Shown piece after piece: positions 32,492 through 42,640 of a stretch of DNA of 64,000 nucleotides (positions are counted from its first letter, which is position 1; the number at the start of each line of letters is the position of its first letter). The notes beneath the pieces were generated by a model. It was not told the origin of the DNA. It searched no databases and was given only the letters and a program-made list of their open reading frames with translations. The DNA is from an uncultured delta proteobacterium (lineage in GTDB: Bacteria > Desulfobacterota > Desulfomonilia > UBA1062). The stretch is taken from positions 736,001 to 800,000 of the forward strand of contig CAWAUM010000001.1 of NCBI GenBank assembly GCA_963785235.1. The letters are read 5' to 3'. Made by a program: the position numbers and the translations under genes.

Positions 32492-33031
32492 TTACTCCGT
32501 AAGGATGAATTCGTCCCTGCGGTTTTTTGCCCAGGCTTCTTCATTATTGCCTGGATCAGCGGGTTTTTCTTTACCATAGCTGATAGTTGTCAGGCGAGCC
32601 GCATCGATTCCTTGTGCTGTGAGATAATCGAGCGCCGCTTTTGCCCTCCGGTCTCCAAGGGCAAGGTTGTACTCCGTAGTGCCCCTTTCATCGCAATTGC
32701 CTTCGATCTTCACTTTGATCTCTTTGTTGGTCTTCAGAAGTGCTGCAAGCTCATTAAGGGCCTCAGTAGACTCTGGCGTTAGGTCAAACTTGTCAAAGCC
32801 AAAGTATATCTTTTTGTCAAAGCCGGTAACAATGGCAGGAGCCTGGGCCGTTGCTGCATCAGCCGGCGTAGTGCCTGCCATCTTCATGTCCTGTCCGGTC
32901 TCTGCAGGAGCGGTTTTCTGCGGCGGTACAACTTCCTGGGCCTGATCGGCTGCCTTCTTAGCACAACCAGTTGCCATAAGTGCAACAAACAAACACATCA
33001 TAACCGAACATACAAACAATCTTTTCTTCAT
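32492..33031 (-). CDS. pal: Peptidoglycan-associated lipoprotein Pal
   Basis: Lipobox ATGC, IYFGFDK, IEGNCDERGTTEYNLALGDRRA, SYGKEKP, WAKNRR. Confidence 0.93.
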   Translation of the reverse strand: MKKRLFVCSVMMCLFVALMATGCAKKAADQAQEVVPPQKTAPAETGQDMKMAGTTPADAATAQAPAIVTGFDKKIYFGFDKFDLTPESTEALNELAALLKTNKEIKVKIEGNCDERGTTEYNLALGDRRAKAALDYLTAQGIDAARLTTISYGKEKPADPGNNEEAWAKNRRDEFILTE

Positions 33032-33231
33032 GACCTCTCCTTTTAGCCTATAACCCAGTGATGTTTGGATTTGGCTGACTTCATACTCTTTCGGTGAAAA
33101 AAAACAAGGATAAATTAAGACCCTCGGGGAAGGATATGGAATAGATCGGCCAAGCTACGGTTACCATGGACTTATTCCTTATGGTTTCTTCGCATTAATT
33201 ATAATATCAAGCTGTTTTGATGAAACTTCTT

Positions 33232-34254
33232 TTATGCTGCCGTAGCGATGGGACGACGGTCCTTGAGCTGGTGTGATCCCACTATCTTCAAGAAGCGCTC
33301 GATGATCTTGTCTTTTATATCCTTGCGCCCTTCCGGCAATAATCCCGACAGGTTCACCCTGCCGCCTGCTACCTTTTCATGTCCACCACCTGTGCCGAGG
33401 CCGCGTAAGACCCTCAGCACAACCCTGCCTGCCCACCTGCCTTTCCTGGTCGTGCGAGCCGACAGCACAAGTTCGTCGCGGTATTCGCCAATGCACAGGC
33501 TCCAATGGATATTCTCCATCCGAAGGAGAAAGTCGGCCATTTCCGCCGCAATGTCGGGATTGTGCAGCCTGCCCATCTGGGAGATGATCACATCTCCGTA
33601 CTGGATGGAGTTGTTGATGCCGTCTGCGAACTTCAGAAAGTAGGACTTGGGGATGCGGGGGTTCTCTATTGATGCAAGGGTCTTGGGGGCGATCTTGGGG
33701 AAGAGGTAGTTGAAAGCCTCCAGGTCCGACTTGTTTGTCGAGCGCAGCAGGCCGTTGGTATCTGTCTTCAGTCCATAGAACAGGGCCGTGGCGTGCATCT
33801 TGTCCATGTGGAGATCGAGCTCGCGCAGATATTCCGTTATGATGGTGGAAGTGCTCCCATAATGCGGGCGCACGTCTATGAATGGGCACTTGCGGGTGGT
33901 ATTCCTTAATGGGTGGTGATCGATTACGACATCCGGGATGATATCCTTGGGCATTGAGTTATTGCCGGTGCCCGGCTGGGTATCCACCATGCAGATCACC
34001 GAGTAATCCCTGAAGTCTATCTCGCGGATGGGGATCATGTCGATCTTCAGCCTGCGGGAGAGTTGGCGGTTTTCCGCTCTGCCGATGACTCCCCCGTAGC
34101 AGATGGTAACCTTCGGTCTGGATGTATGGATGAATAAGCTCTTGAGCGCTGCCGCGGATGCAATGGTGTCCGGATCGGGATTGTTGTGACAGACAATGAG
34201 AATACGCCTTTTCAGGCCAACAAGTGATATAAGACTATGTGCAGGTTTTTCCAT
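33232..34254 (-). CDS. DHH/DHHA1 family phosphoesterase
   Basis: HNNPDPD, VDT, IDHH, GLKTDT, GGGHEKVAGG; start likely MEKPAH. Confidence 0.88.
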   Translation of the reverse strand: MEKPAHSLISLVGLKRRILIVCHNNPDPDTIASAAALKSLFIHTSRPKVTICYGGVIGRAENRQLSRRLKIDMIPIREIDFRDYSVICMVDTQPGTGNNSMPKDIIPDVVIDHHPLRNTTRKCPFIDVRPHYGSTSTIITEYLRELDLHMDKMHATALFYGLKTDTNGLLRSTNKSDLEAFNYLFPKIAPKTLASIENPRIPKSYFLKFADGINNSIQYGDVIISQMGRLHNPDIAAEMADFLLRMENIHWSLCIGEYRDELVLSARTTRKGRWAGRVVLRVLRGLGTGGGHEKVAGGRVNLSGLLPEGRKDIKDKIIERFLKIVGSHQLKDRRPIATAA

Positions 34255-34325
34255 GATGCATTCTTTCATCTGTGGCAGCCACTTATCAGAAAAAAAACGA
34301 ACATGCAAATATATTGGTATGCACC

Positions 34326-35393
34326 TCAGATCCAGCGCCGTTTCCTGAAATAACGTACCATGATTATCACGACTGATATCATGAACACCCAGAGGGCAGG
34401 ATAGCTCCAATACCATTTGAGCTCGGGCATGAATTCGAAGTTCATACCATAGATCCCTACGATGAAGGTCAGCGGGATGAATATGGTGGAGAAGACGGTC
34501 AGAACCTTCATCACCTCGTTCAGGCGGTTGCTCAGACTCGATAAATAGGTGTCGCGCATGCCGGAGATGATATCCCTGAAAAGCTCGCATGTATCAAAGA
34601 CCTGGATCGTGTGGTCATAGACATCCCTGAAGTAGATGGTGGTGCCCTGGGCGATCAGGTCGGTGTCGCCCCGCTCGAGGAAACCGATCACGTCCCGCAG
34701 CGGCCAGATGGTCCTGCGGAGAAAGAGCAGTTCATTTTTAAGGCTATGAATATCTTTCATGATCTCATTGGTTGGGTTGATCACAAGCTGCTCCTCTGTG
34801 GATTCTATATGCTCTCCGATCTGTTCGAGGACCACATAGTAGTGGTCCACAATGGCGTCCATGAGGGTGTAGGCGAGGTAGTCGGCTCCCATTGCCCTGG
34901 TCTTGCCCTTTGCCGTACGGATGCGCTCGCGAACCGGGTCGAACACGTCACGCCCTCCCTCCTGAAAGGTGAGGACGAAATGCTCCCCTAAGATGAGACT
35001 CACCTGTTCATAAATGATCCTGCTGCTGTCCTTGTCCGGGTAGAGCATCTTGATGGATGTGAACAGGTAGTTGCCGTGATCTTCGATCTTGGGTCTATGG
35101 TTGGTGTCGAGGATGTCCTCGATAATGAGCGGATGAAGCCCGAAATGTTCACCGATCTTCTGGATGATATCGGTCTGGAACAGGCCCGACACGTTTATCC
35201 AGCATATGGTGGAAGGATCCACCCAGTTCAGGATTTCCTCGGCGCTCGGGGAAGACACCTCTCTGAGGGATGAGACGTTATATGAAAAAAGCTGGATATC
35301 CGTCTGTTCGACTTTTTTTTCACCTACATGGATGAATGTCCCGGGTGGCAGCCCTGCCTTTTTAGACTGTGGAAAATTGTACTTGGCCATCAC
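34326..35393 (-). CDS. corA: Magnesium/cobalt transporter CorA
   Basis: GLPPGT, HPLIIEDI, YGMNF signature, MPELKW. Confidence 0.95.
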   Translation of the reverse strand: MMAKYNFPQSKKAGLPPGTFIHVGEKKVEQTDIQLFSYNVSSLREVSSPSAEEILNWVDPSTICWINVSGLFQTDIIQKIGEHFGLHPLIIEDILDTNHRPKIEDHGNYLFTSIKMLYPDKDSSRIIYEQVSLILGEHFVLTFQEGGRDVFDPVRERIRTAKGKTRAMGADYLAYTLMDAIVDHYYVVLEQIGEHIESTEEQLVINPTNEIMKDIHSLKNELLFLRRTIWPLRDVIGFLERGDTDLIAQGTTIYFRDVYDHTIQVFDTCELFRDIISGMRDTYLSSLSNRLNEVMKVLTVFSTIFIPLTFIVGIYGMNFEFMPELKWYWSYPALWVFMISVVIIMVRYFRKRRWI

Positions 35394-35500
35394 ACAAACC
35401 TCCCTTCAATCAATCCCGTCCGGACAATGATATCATACACACAAAGGAGATAAGGCCAACGCCGCTTTATGAGAATGAGAGGTTAATACTGATTTTAAAC

Positions 35501-35735
35501 TTACCAGGATTTTGCGTTTGAATCGTGCCAAGAATAGCTGCATGCACATTGCGCGGCTTTAAGCATTGAAACTTATAGCGACCATTGTATGGTTTTTAAA
35601 AAAATAAGTCCGTTCAAAAACTCAATCTTGCAGCCTTGAAGGCCCGATAAAATCAGCATTCCACAAAGGCTGCAAGATGGAGTTTTTGAACGGATCAGGT
35701 TTTTACGCCTCTCAAATCGCAAGGATCCGGGATTA
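35501..35735 (+). mobile_element. MITE-like repeat copy B (internal hairpin 35609-35694)
   Basis: TTACCAGGATTTTGCG ... GCAAGGATCCGGGATTA; 29-bp internal IR with one mismatch. Confidence 0.75.
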
Positions 35736-35772
35736 ACTAAAATCAGCGCATTTACTCATGCCTACTGATCTC

Positions 35773-37356
35773 TCAGCCGGCCATCCTGCGGCGCTGCTCG
35801 GGTTTGGCGATGCTGATGAGCGCTCTGCCGCGCTTGTGGCTGAATTGTCTCTGGATCACATCGGCCTCGGCCTGGGGCACGCTGATAAAGGTGAAGTCGT
35901 CTTTGATCTCGATGTTGCTCACGAGCTTTTCCTTTACCCCGGTTTGCTCCCGGATGAAGCGCAGGATGTTCTGGGGTGTCATGCCGTGTTTGCGTCCGCG
36001 TGCCACAAAGAGCCGTGTGTGTGGCTTTGTATCTGTATGTGCCACGGTGCGGATCTCTTTATAGGACTTGGGGTCCAGCTCATCGGCAAAGGTATTGCGA
36101 AGGCAGGCTGCCAAGATGGTTGCAGGGTCTCCTGTCTCCAGAAGCTCCGCTGCCAGCAGTGCATATGGTCCAAGGTCTTCTTCGTTCATGACCTTGATTA
36201 CCTCATCCTTGATCCTGGAGCGCTTGAGTTCAATGATATCCCTTACACCTGGTATATCACCCTTACGCATGCCGGAACCCGACGTACGGCGGATCAGGTC
36301 CAGGGCACGCTGTTCCTGCGGGGTTACCAGGGTGATGGCTATACCTTTTTTGCCGGCCCGGCCTGTGCGGCCGATACGGTGGACATAGGCATCCGGGTCC
36401 TGGGGCAGGGCGTAGTTAATGACGTGCGACAGGTTGTTGATATCGATCCCCCTGGCAGCCACATCAGTGGCAACCAGGATGGTTATAGCCTTGTCACGAA
36501 ACCGCCGCATGATCTGCTCCCGATCTCGCTGGTCGATCTCACCGTGAATGCCTGATGCATCATAACCGGCAGAAACCAGTTTTTCGGCTATCTCAGCTGT
36601 CTCAACGCGGGTCCGGCAGAAGACCAGGCCATAGAACTCGGGCTCTACATCGATGATGCGGCACAGAGCATCGAACTTGTCGGGCTGACGGACGTGTATG
36701 AAGATCTGGTCCGTTAGCTGCTGAGTCTTCTTGGAGGGGTTCGTGGCAATGGTTTCATAGTTGCGCATGTGGCGTTTGGCAATGGCTATCACTTCCCGGG
36801 GCATGGTAGCGGAGAAGAGCATGGTGCGGCGCCCAGCCGGTGTTTTTTCAAGAATGGCCTTGATGTCATCGATGAACCCCATATCAAGCATTTCATCGGC
36901 CTCATCGAGCACCAGGTGCGTCACCTTGTCCAGGCGCAGTGTCCCCTTTTCCAGATGATCGAGGATACGTCCCGTGGTGCCTACCACGATATCCGCCTTT
37001 TTCAGGGCGCTGCGCTGCGGGCCGAAGGGTTGGCCTCCGTACACGGCTACGATCTCGATCTTCTTTTTTCCCTGGAACGATTTGATCTCGCCGGCTACCT
37101 GGAGGGCAAGCTCTCTGGTGGGTACCAGGATGAGGGCCTTGACCTTCCCGTCGGGTGCTTCAATCCCTTCGATGATGGGGATGGCAAAGGCGGCTGTCTT
37201 GCCGGTACCCGTCTCGGCCTGGGCGACCACGTCGCGGTCTTCGTTCAGGAGAAACGGGATTATAGCCTTCTGGATAGGTGTGGGCTCGGTGAAGCCTTTG
37301 TTGGTAAGTGTCTTGAGCATGGCCTCCGACAGGCCGAGGTCTTTGAATTGTTCCAA
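35773..37356 (-). CDS. DEAD-box RNA helicase (DeaD/CsdA-like, with DbpA RNA-binding domain)
   Basis: Q motif, AETGTGKT, PTRELA, DEAD, SAT, HRIGRTGRAG; TTG start after AAGGAG. Confidence 0.93.
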   Translation of the reverse strand: MEQFKDLGLSEAMLKTLTNKGFTEPTPIQKAIIPFLLNEDRDVVAQAETGTGKTAAFAIPIIEGIEAPDGKVKALILVPTRELALQVAGEIKSFQGKKKIEIVAVYGGQPFGPQRSALKKADIVVGTTGRILDHLEKGTLRLDKVTHLVLDEADEMLDMGFIDDIKAILEKTPAGRRTMLFSATMPREVIAIAKRHMRNYETIATNPSKKTQQLTDQIFIHVRQPDKFDALCRIIDVEPEFYGLVFCRTRVETAEIAEKLVSAGYDASGIHGEIDQRDREQIMRRFRDKAITILVATDVAARGIDINNLSHVINYALPQDPDAYVHRIGRTGRAGKKGIAITLVTPQEQRALDLIRRTSGSGMRKGDIPGVRDIIELKRSRIKDEVIKVMNEEDLGPYALLAAELLETGDPATILAACLRNTFADELDPKSYKEIRTVAHTDTKPHTRLFVARGRKHGMTPQNILRFIREQTGVKEKLVSNIEIKDDFTFISVPQAEADVIQRQFSHKRGRALISIAKPEQRRRMAG

Positions 37357-37555
37357 GCTGAAACTCCTTTGTTTGTTGTAGTAAACATCTCGCAGGCACA
37401 CAAAGGCTAAGCAAGAGATACCTTTGAAGGTGGTGCAAAGATTTATCTGTGAGCGCCTTATAGCCTATTTTCCAAAGAAAGCCAGTAAAAAATTCAATTA
37501 TAATGAAAACAGATGAAAGAATCGGCAAAATGTTCCAGGCAGTAGACCTCAAGTG

Positions 37556-37783
37556 AACCCGGCTTTTGCGTTTGGATGTACCCATACTTGCTTCATGCAT
37601 TTGGTGGGTTTAAGCATAACACTCATAGTGATCATGGAATTGTTTTAAAAAATAGGTCCGTTAAAAACCTCATCTTGCAGCCTTAAAGGACCGAGAAAAT
37701 TAGCATTCCGCAAAGGCTGCAAGATTGAAGGTTTTTAACGGATCAAGTTTTTATTACTCATCTTAAATGCAAAATCTACGGAT
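37556..37783 (+). mobile_element. MITE-like repeat copy C (internal hairpin 37657-37742)
   Basis: AACCCGGCTTTTGCG ... GCAAAATCTACGGAT; internal IR and loop homologous to copies A and B. Confidence 0.75.
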
Positions 37784-37814
37784 GAATCCTTGACCGGCAC
37801 CGGAAACCAGCTGC

Positions 37815-39341
37815 CTAAGATCTGTTTTTTATGAAGAACGGTGCATGATTCGACGTAAAGTACGGCGGGTCTCGCCTGATGATGCGGGAGATAACCGGGT
37901 GCCGTTTGAATTCTTTGTCCAGGAACTGCCTCACCTGGTTCCTGTCCCATCCCTTTGGATGGATGAAGCCCTGGTAGAGCGAGAGGTCGCCGTCAAAGAA
38001 ATCGTATGTTTGCAGATTGTCTATATCCGGTCCCCCCCGGGGGAGGTTGAAGATGGAGATATTGAGGAAGTCAATGGATCCGGCGTGCCTCGTTACATAA
38101 TCAAGGGTTTTGCGTGCGCATACCTCGTCTTCCACAGGGGTGCCGAACAGCAGGTACACGTACGTGGCAATGCCTGCATCATGGAGTGCGGCAAGGGCAC
38201 TGGCTGATTCGTCAAGGTTGATACCCTTGCCGAGTCCGTCAAGGATTTCCTGGTCACCTGACTCCAATCCGAGTTGGAGCATTATGCATCCGGATTTCCT
38301 GAGCGCCAGGCAGAAGTCCTTATCGGTCAAGTGATGCGTGATCCTGGCGAATCCGTACCAGGGCACGCCTGAATCATAATCAGTCATAGCCGTGAGCAGG
38401 CTGGGGCTCAAGGCATTATCCGTTATATGAATAAGGACCGGTGAATTTAATTGTGCCAATGCGCCAAGTTCTGTTGGAACAAGCCTTGCCGGGGTACAGG
38501 AATATGGGTTGCCCTCGGCCTTTTCAGGGCAAAAGGAGCACTTGCTCCAGTAACAGCCCGTGGATGTGCTGAAAGGGAGTACCCTTCCCGGAGAGAGGTA
38601 TCCGTTATGCCAGAACTCCGAGTAATCCGGCAGGGTATATCCCTCACAGCCTTCAAGGCCTGCAAGTGCCAGGATACGTTCTTCCCCCGGGCCTTCCACC
38701 AGTTCATCCACAAGTCCTTGAAAAGGGTCATGCCAGTCCGGTCTCTTCATCCATGAGGTGATGAGACCGCCACCGAGGATAATTTTCACGGTTTTGGTGA
38801 ATTGCCTGAGAAGGCCTATCATTGCAAAGGTGGTAAGGGCCTGGCTCAGATAGTTGAGTGAGAAGCCCACTATGCGAGGGTTATGTTCTTCCATGATGGA
38901 GGAAAGCCGCTGCCTGAAATATGGGTAGAACACATTCTCCTGCGGGTGTTCAGCTGAATGAATCAGGTCGGCGCTCCTGACCGGTGAGAGGGTTTCATGC
39001 TGAAAGTTCGTAAGGTTCACTTGTGTTGCACAGGCCTGTGAATTGACCTCAAGGATGCGGCTTATCTCCCTGACCGCCTTTGTATAGCGGCTGATGTTTT
39101 CAAATGCCGTGGCGTTTTTCAGGGAGGCCAGGTTCTCATCAAGGTGTAATGATGCCCGCCTGGTCCATGTATCCTCTATTATTGTTCCTTTTCTGTTGAG
39201 AAGGAACATAAGCCCTTCCATGTTCGCATCGATGATCAGGCACTGCCTGCCATGCGACTTCAAGGCTCCTGAGAGCTTTGCCAAGCCGGCAGGGGGTTCG
39301 CTCGGCCTTGATACAGGCGGGTGGATGAGCACAAGGTCCAT
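37815..39341 (-). CDS. B12-binding-type radical SAM protein
   Basis: GCYWSKCSFC (CxxxCxxC), LGLESG, N-terminal LIHPP and VGFS..Y motifs. Confidence 0.85.
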   Translation of the reverse strand: MDLVLIHPPVSRPSEPPAGLAKLSGALKSHGRQCLIIDANMEGLMFLLNRKGTIIEDTWTRRASLHLDENLASLKNATAFENISRYTKAVREISRILEVNSQACATQVNLTNFQHETLSPVRSADLIHSAEHPQENVFYPYFRQRLSSIMEEHNPRIVGFSLNYLSQALTTFAMIGLLRQFTKTVKIILGGGLITSWMKRPDWHDPFQGLVDELVEGPGEERILALAGLEGCEGYTLPDYSEFWHNGYLSPGRVLPFSTSTGCYWSKCSFCPEKAEGNPYSCTPARLVPTELGALAQLNSPVLIHITDNALSPSLLTAMTDYDSGVPWYGFARITHHLTDKDFCLALRKSGCIMLQLGLESGDQEILDGLGKGINLDESASALAALHDAGIATYVYLLFGTPVEDEVCARKTLDYVTRHAGSIDFLNISIFNLPRGGPDIDNLQTYDFFDGDLSLYQGFIHPKGWDRNQVRQFLDKEFKRHPVISRIIRRDPPYFTSNHAPFFIKNRS

Positions 39342-39461
39342 GATTGTCCTTGAAGCAGCTTGTCCCCAGGTTGTCAATCGTGGGATCGGAACCGATATGG
39401 ACTTTTATGTGGTTTCTTCTCATATATTCTTTATAATAAGAAGTCATAAAGGAAGGGACCA

Positions 39462-40298
39462 TTGATGGCGTGTATGGTTTATAAAAATAAGGGCTTCCTG
39501 GTATACTTGGTGTTCAGTGTCCTTCTTGCCCTGGCAGGTTGTTCTTCTTCAGGGTCGAGTGAAAACTCCTATAATGTCGATACAGGGCAAGATCCAATGG
39601 CCCTGAACTTTGTAACACTCTATTCCACCGTGTCCTCCATCACCGTCCATGTGGCCTATGAATTCGATGCAGCGCCGTTTACCGGGGCTTTCCCGGACGG
39701 CAGTCAATACTGGTCGGTGCTCGAGAATAATTTACATGCAATCTTCCTCGGCCGCATCATCGAACCTGAGCTCTCTGTCCCCCGGGATCTTGCCGGTATG
39801 GAGCAGATTCCGGATCAAAACCAGACATCCTGGACCACGGTTCAAGTATTCAATCTAGCGAAGAGCACATGGGACACCCCCCAGACATCGACCTCGGCTG
39901 AGTTCTATGTGCTGTTCTTGAATGGATACTTCAGTGACAAGGATGAGGTGAACAAGCAGGTAATCGGCATCTCAATTGTCGGGACCCCGGTTATTGCCGT
40001 TTTTAAAGATGCCATCAGGGAGTCCGGCTACACGGCCTTTTTTTACCGGATTATGGAGCAGACGACCCTTGTCCATGAGTTCGGGCATGCCGTGGGTCTG
40101 GTGAATAACGGTTTGCCCATGGTCTTTGACCACGAAGATACTGAACATATAAACCACTGCACGAATGAAGAGTGTGTCATGTATTGGCAGAATGACGGCA
40201 CCAGTCTCAATTTTTTTATTCAAAGAATTGTTAACTCTCCATCTGATGTCATATTCGGCCCGGAATGCCTGGATGATGCAAGCAGCTTTATGCCGTAG
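39462..40298 (+). CDS. Zinc metalloprotease (zincin) lipoprotein
   Basis: Lipobox LAGC; HEFGHAVGL...HC...CVM. Confidence 0.75.
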   Translation: MMACMVYKNKGFLVYLVFSVLLALAGCSSSGSSENSYNVDTGQDPMALNFVTLYSTVSSITVHVAYEFDAAPFTGAFPDGSQYWSVLENNLHAIFLGRIIEPELSVPRDLAGMEQIPDQNQTSWTTVQVFNLAKSTWDTPQTSTSAEFYVLFLNGYFSDKDEVNKQVIGISIVGTPVIAVFKDAIRESGYTAFFYRIMEQTTLVHEFGHAVGLVNNGLPMVFDHEDTEHINHCTNEECVMYWQNDGTSLNFFIQRIVNSPSDVIFGPECLDDASSFMP

Positions 40299-40343
40299 GC
40301 CACATGAAGTATTAATAAATTCTATCAATTGCAGAACCTGGGA

Positions 40344-42035
40344 TTAATCAGGCCTGTTCCCTTGCAGTAGTTCCCAGTCCCTGATGGTTCTATATGCATC
40401 TTGGTGGGACAAGGCTGAACTGAGCATCTCCATGAGCTGCCTGTCCTGTGCGGCTTTACTGGCAAGGGCAAGGATCCGGATCTGTAAATCAGGATCTTCC
40501 ATGGGTGAAAGGATGAGGAAGACACCCTCAATGGGCTTATCCGTCTTTAAGTCGGATACCCCTTTGTGGGTGAGCCCGAGCACGAGACATGCCCGTTCGA
40601 GACCCTCTATCCTTGCATGGGGGAAGGCAACCCCTTCGTTGAAAAAGGTTGATCCCTGGTTTTCTCTTTCCAGGATGGCAGAAAGGTATTTCAGGCTTTG
40701 ATGACCATGGTTTGTGCATTGTGAGGCAATCTCAGTGAGCCTTTGCAGCAGAACATCCCGAGGAACCGGTTCTTTCCAGATTACGATACCCTCCTGTGCT
40801 AAAAAACTGCTTAATGTCATCCGGCCTTTGTCTTGATAAGGATCATAAGAAGATGCCGGCCTCTGAAATGCAGCATTAGCATCAAATGAAGCAGCGGTTA
40901 CCTGCTTGGATGTCTTGGTATCCAGAACAACGAGCGTGACCCCTCGTGCCTGGCTGATAAGGCTTTCTGCGATGCTCTTTTTGCCAAAAAGCCTTTTCCA
41001 TAGAGGAATTGTATTGGGACTGCCAATGATGATGTGGCCGACCCGATATTCTTTGGCAAACTGAAGGATTGTACTGACGATGTCCTCGCCCTTGAAGGTG
41101 AAGACTATTGCACCGAGCTGCTTGGCAAGGGTGAGTGTGTCGGAGAGCAGGCGTTGAATTCCGGCATCGATAACCGTAGGTTCTTCCGATGGTGTCTGGA
41201 CATAAACTGCATACCAGTTCCGGTTAAGCCTTCCTGCCACCCGGGATGCATATCTCAGGAGTCTTTCGCTGTTAGGTCCCCTGGAACTGAGGCATACCAT
41301 GATCTGGTCAGGGGCTGAATCCATGTCTTCTTCCTGGTTGTCCCGGGATCGCAGGTCGATTTGTGAAGCCAGTTCGCGCAGTGTGAGTTCCCTAAGCTGA
41401 GTGAGGTTGGATTTCTTGAAGAAATTGGCAAAGGCCGTCTCTATGCGGTCTTTTGGATAGATCTTGCCCTCCATCAGCCGGTCGTTCAGGTCTTCGGTGG
41501 TAACATCGACATTCACTATCTGGTCTGCATCGCTCAAAACGGAATCAGGGAGTCGTTCCGTTACCTTTACCCCTGATGCCTTCTCAACGATATCGTAGAG
41601 GCTCTCCAGGTGCTGGATGTTCAGGGTCGTGATGACATGGATCCCCTGGGCGAGGATATCCTGGACATCCTGGTAGCGTTTGGGGTTCGGGCTCCCTGGA
41701 GCGTTCGTATGGGCAAGCTCGTCAATGAGCACGATATGGGGCCTGCGTTCGATAATGGCCTCAAGATCCATTTCTTCAAGGACGATACCTCGATATTCCC
41801 GGCGTCTCCTGGGGATTATATCCAGACCTTCCAGCAGGCTGGTTGTATCCGGCCGGCCATGAGTCTCCACCAGACCCACCACCACATCGATACCCTCGGC
41901 CTTCAGACGATGCGCCTCCTGGAGCATCGCATAGGTCTTCCCGACACCTGCTGCATACCCGAGGTATACCTTGAGGCGTCCCCGCTGGGAGAGGCGGATC
42001 ATCCGGAGAAAGTCATCGGTCCTGTCTTGTGCCAT
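40344..42035 (-). CDS. kdpD: KdpD N-terminal sensor + Usp domain fused to a PTS EIIA-type domain (no TM or kinase)
   Basis: GYAAGVGKTYAML, VETHGR, DELAHTN, NIQHLES; Usp region; C-terminal GSTFFNEGVAFPHAR. Confidence 0.85.
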   Translation of the reverse strand: MAQDRTDDFLRMIRLSQRGRLKVYLGYAAGVGKTYAMLQEAHRLKAEGIDVVVGLVETHGRPDTTSLLEGLDIIPRRRREYRGIVLEEMDLEAIIERRPHIVLIDELAHTNAPGSPNPKRYQDVQDILAQGIHVITTLNIQHLESLYDIVEKASGVKVTERLPDSVLSDADQIVNVDVTTEDLNDRLMEGKIYPKDRIETAFANFFKKSNLTQLRELTLRELASQIDLRSRDNQEEDMDSAPDQIMVCLSSRGPNSERLLRYASRVAGRLNRNWYAVYVQTPSEEPTVIDAGIQRLLSDTLTLAKQLGAIVFTFKGEDIVSTILQFAKEYRVGHIIIGSPNTIPLWKRLFGKKSIAESLISQARGVTLVVLDTKTSKQVTAASFDANAAFQRPASSYDPYQDKGRMTLSSFLAQEGIVIWKEPVPRDVLLQRLTEIASQCTNHGHQSLKYLSAILERENQGSTFFNEGVAFPHARIEGLERACLVLGLTHKGVSDLKTDKPIEGVFLILSPMEDPDLQIRILALASKAAQDRQLMEMLSSALSHQDAYRTIRDWELLQGNRPD

Positions 42036-42041
42036 TTTGCC

Positions 42042-42623
42042 TTATTTATTCCTGTCCAGATTCAGATTCAACATCAACACGTTCACCCGTGGCTCACCAA
42101 AGATATCCATATCCCGGTATTGAGTATGCGCCGCAATTTTTCTCCGGACAGCCTCTTCTCTCATACCGCGCACTTTTGCGACCCTTTGCGCCTGAAGCAT
42201 GGCATTTTCAAGGCTGATGTGCGGATCAAGACCGCTCCCTGAAGCGGTTACTGCATCAGCAGGTACAAGGATACCGGGCTCAAGATTGTTTTCTGTTTGG
42301 TAATTCCTGACACGTTGCCTGATCGTATCCACCAGTGTTTTGGAGAGAGGGCCAAGATTGCTGCCTGCTGAACTTGTGGAATCATAACCAATCCCTGCAG
42401 ATGAAGGCCTGGGATGAAAATACTGCTCAGAGGTAAACCCCTGTGCTATGAGCCGGGATCCGAGTATTTTTCCACCCTCTCTTATAAGTGATCCGCCCGC
42501 CTCTTGGGGGAAGATCCCCTGGGCAATGCCCCAGACAAGTACGGGATAGATGCCGGAAACCATCACAAGGAGCACAAGGGTAGCGATTGTAGCGGTTCGT
42601 ATTTCCCTTAAGATCGTTTTCAT
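42042..42623 (-). CDS. kdpC: K+-transporting ATPase subunit C
   Basis: YFHPRPS, SNLGP, VTASGSGLDPHIS, GEPRVNVL.LN. Confidence 0.96.
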   Translation of the reverse strand: MKTILREIRTATIATLVLLVMVSGIYPVLVWGIAQGIFPQEAGGSLIREGGKILGSRLIAQGFTSEQYFHPRPSSAGIGYDSTSSAGSNLGPLSKTLVDTIRQRVRNYQTENNLEPGILVPADAVTASGSGLDPHISLENAMLQAQRVAKVRGMREEAVRRKIAAHTQYRDMDIFGEPRVNVLMLNLNLDRNK

Positions 42624-42640
42624 CCTGTCCCCTTTTCTTA

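Noticed and set aside
33232-34590. 452-aa ORF suggesting an N-terminally extended DHH protein overlapping corA
   Set aside because: The extension is an alternative frame of corA; DHH homology begins near 34254
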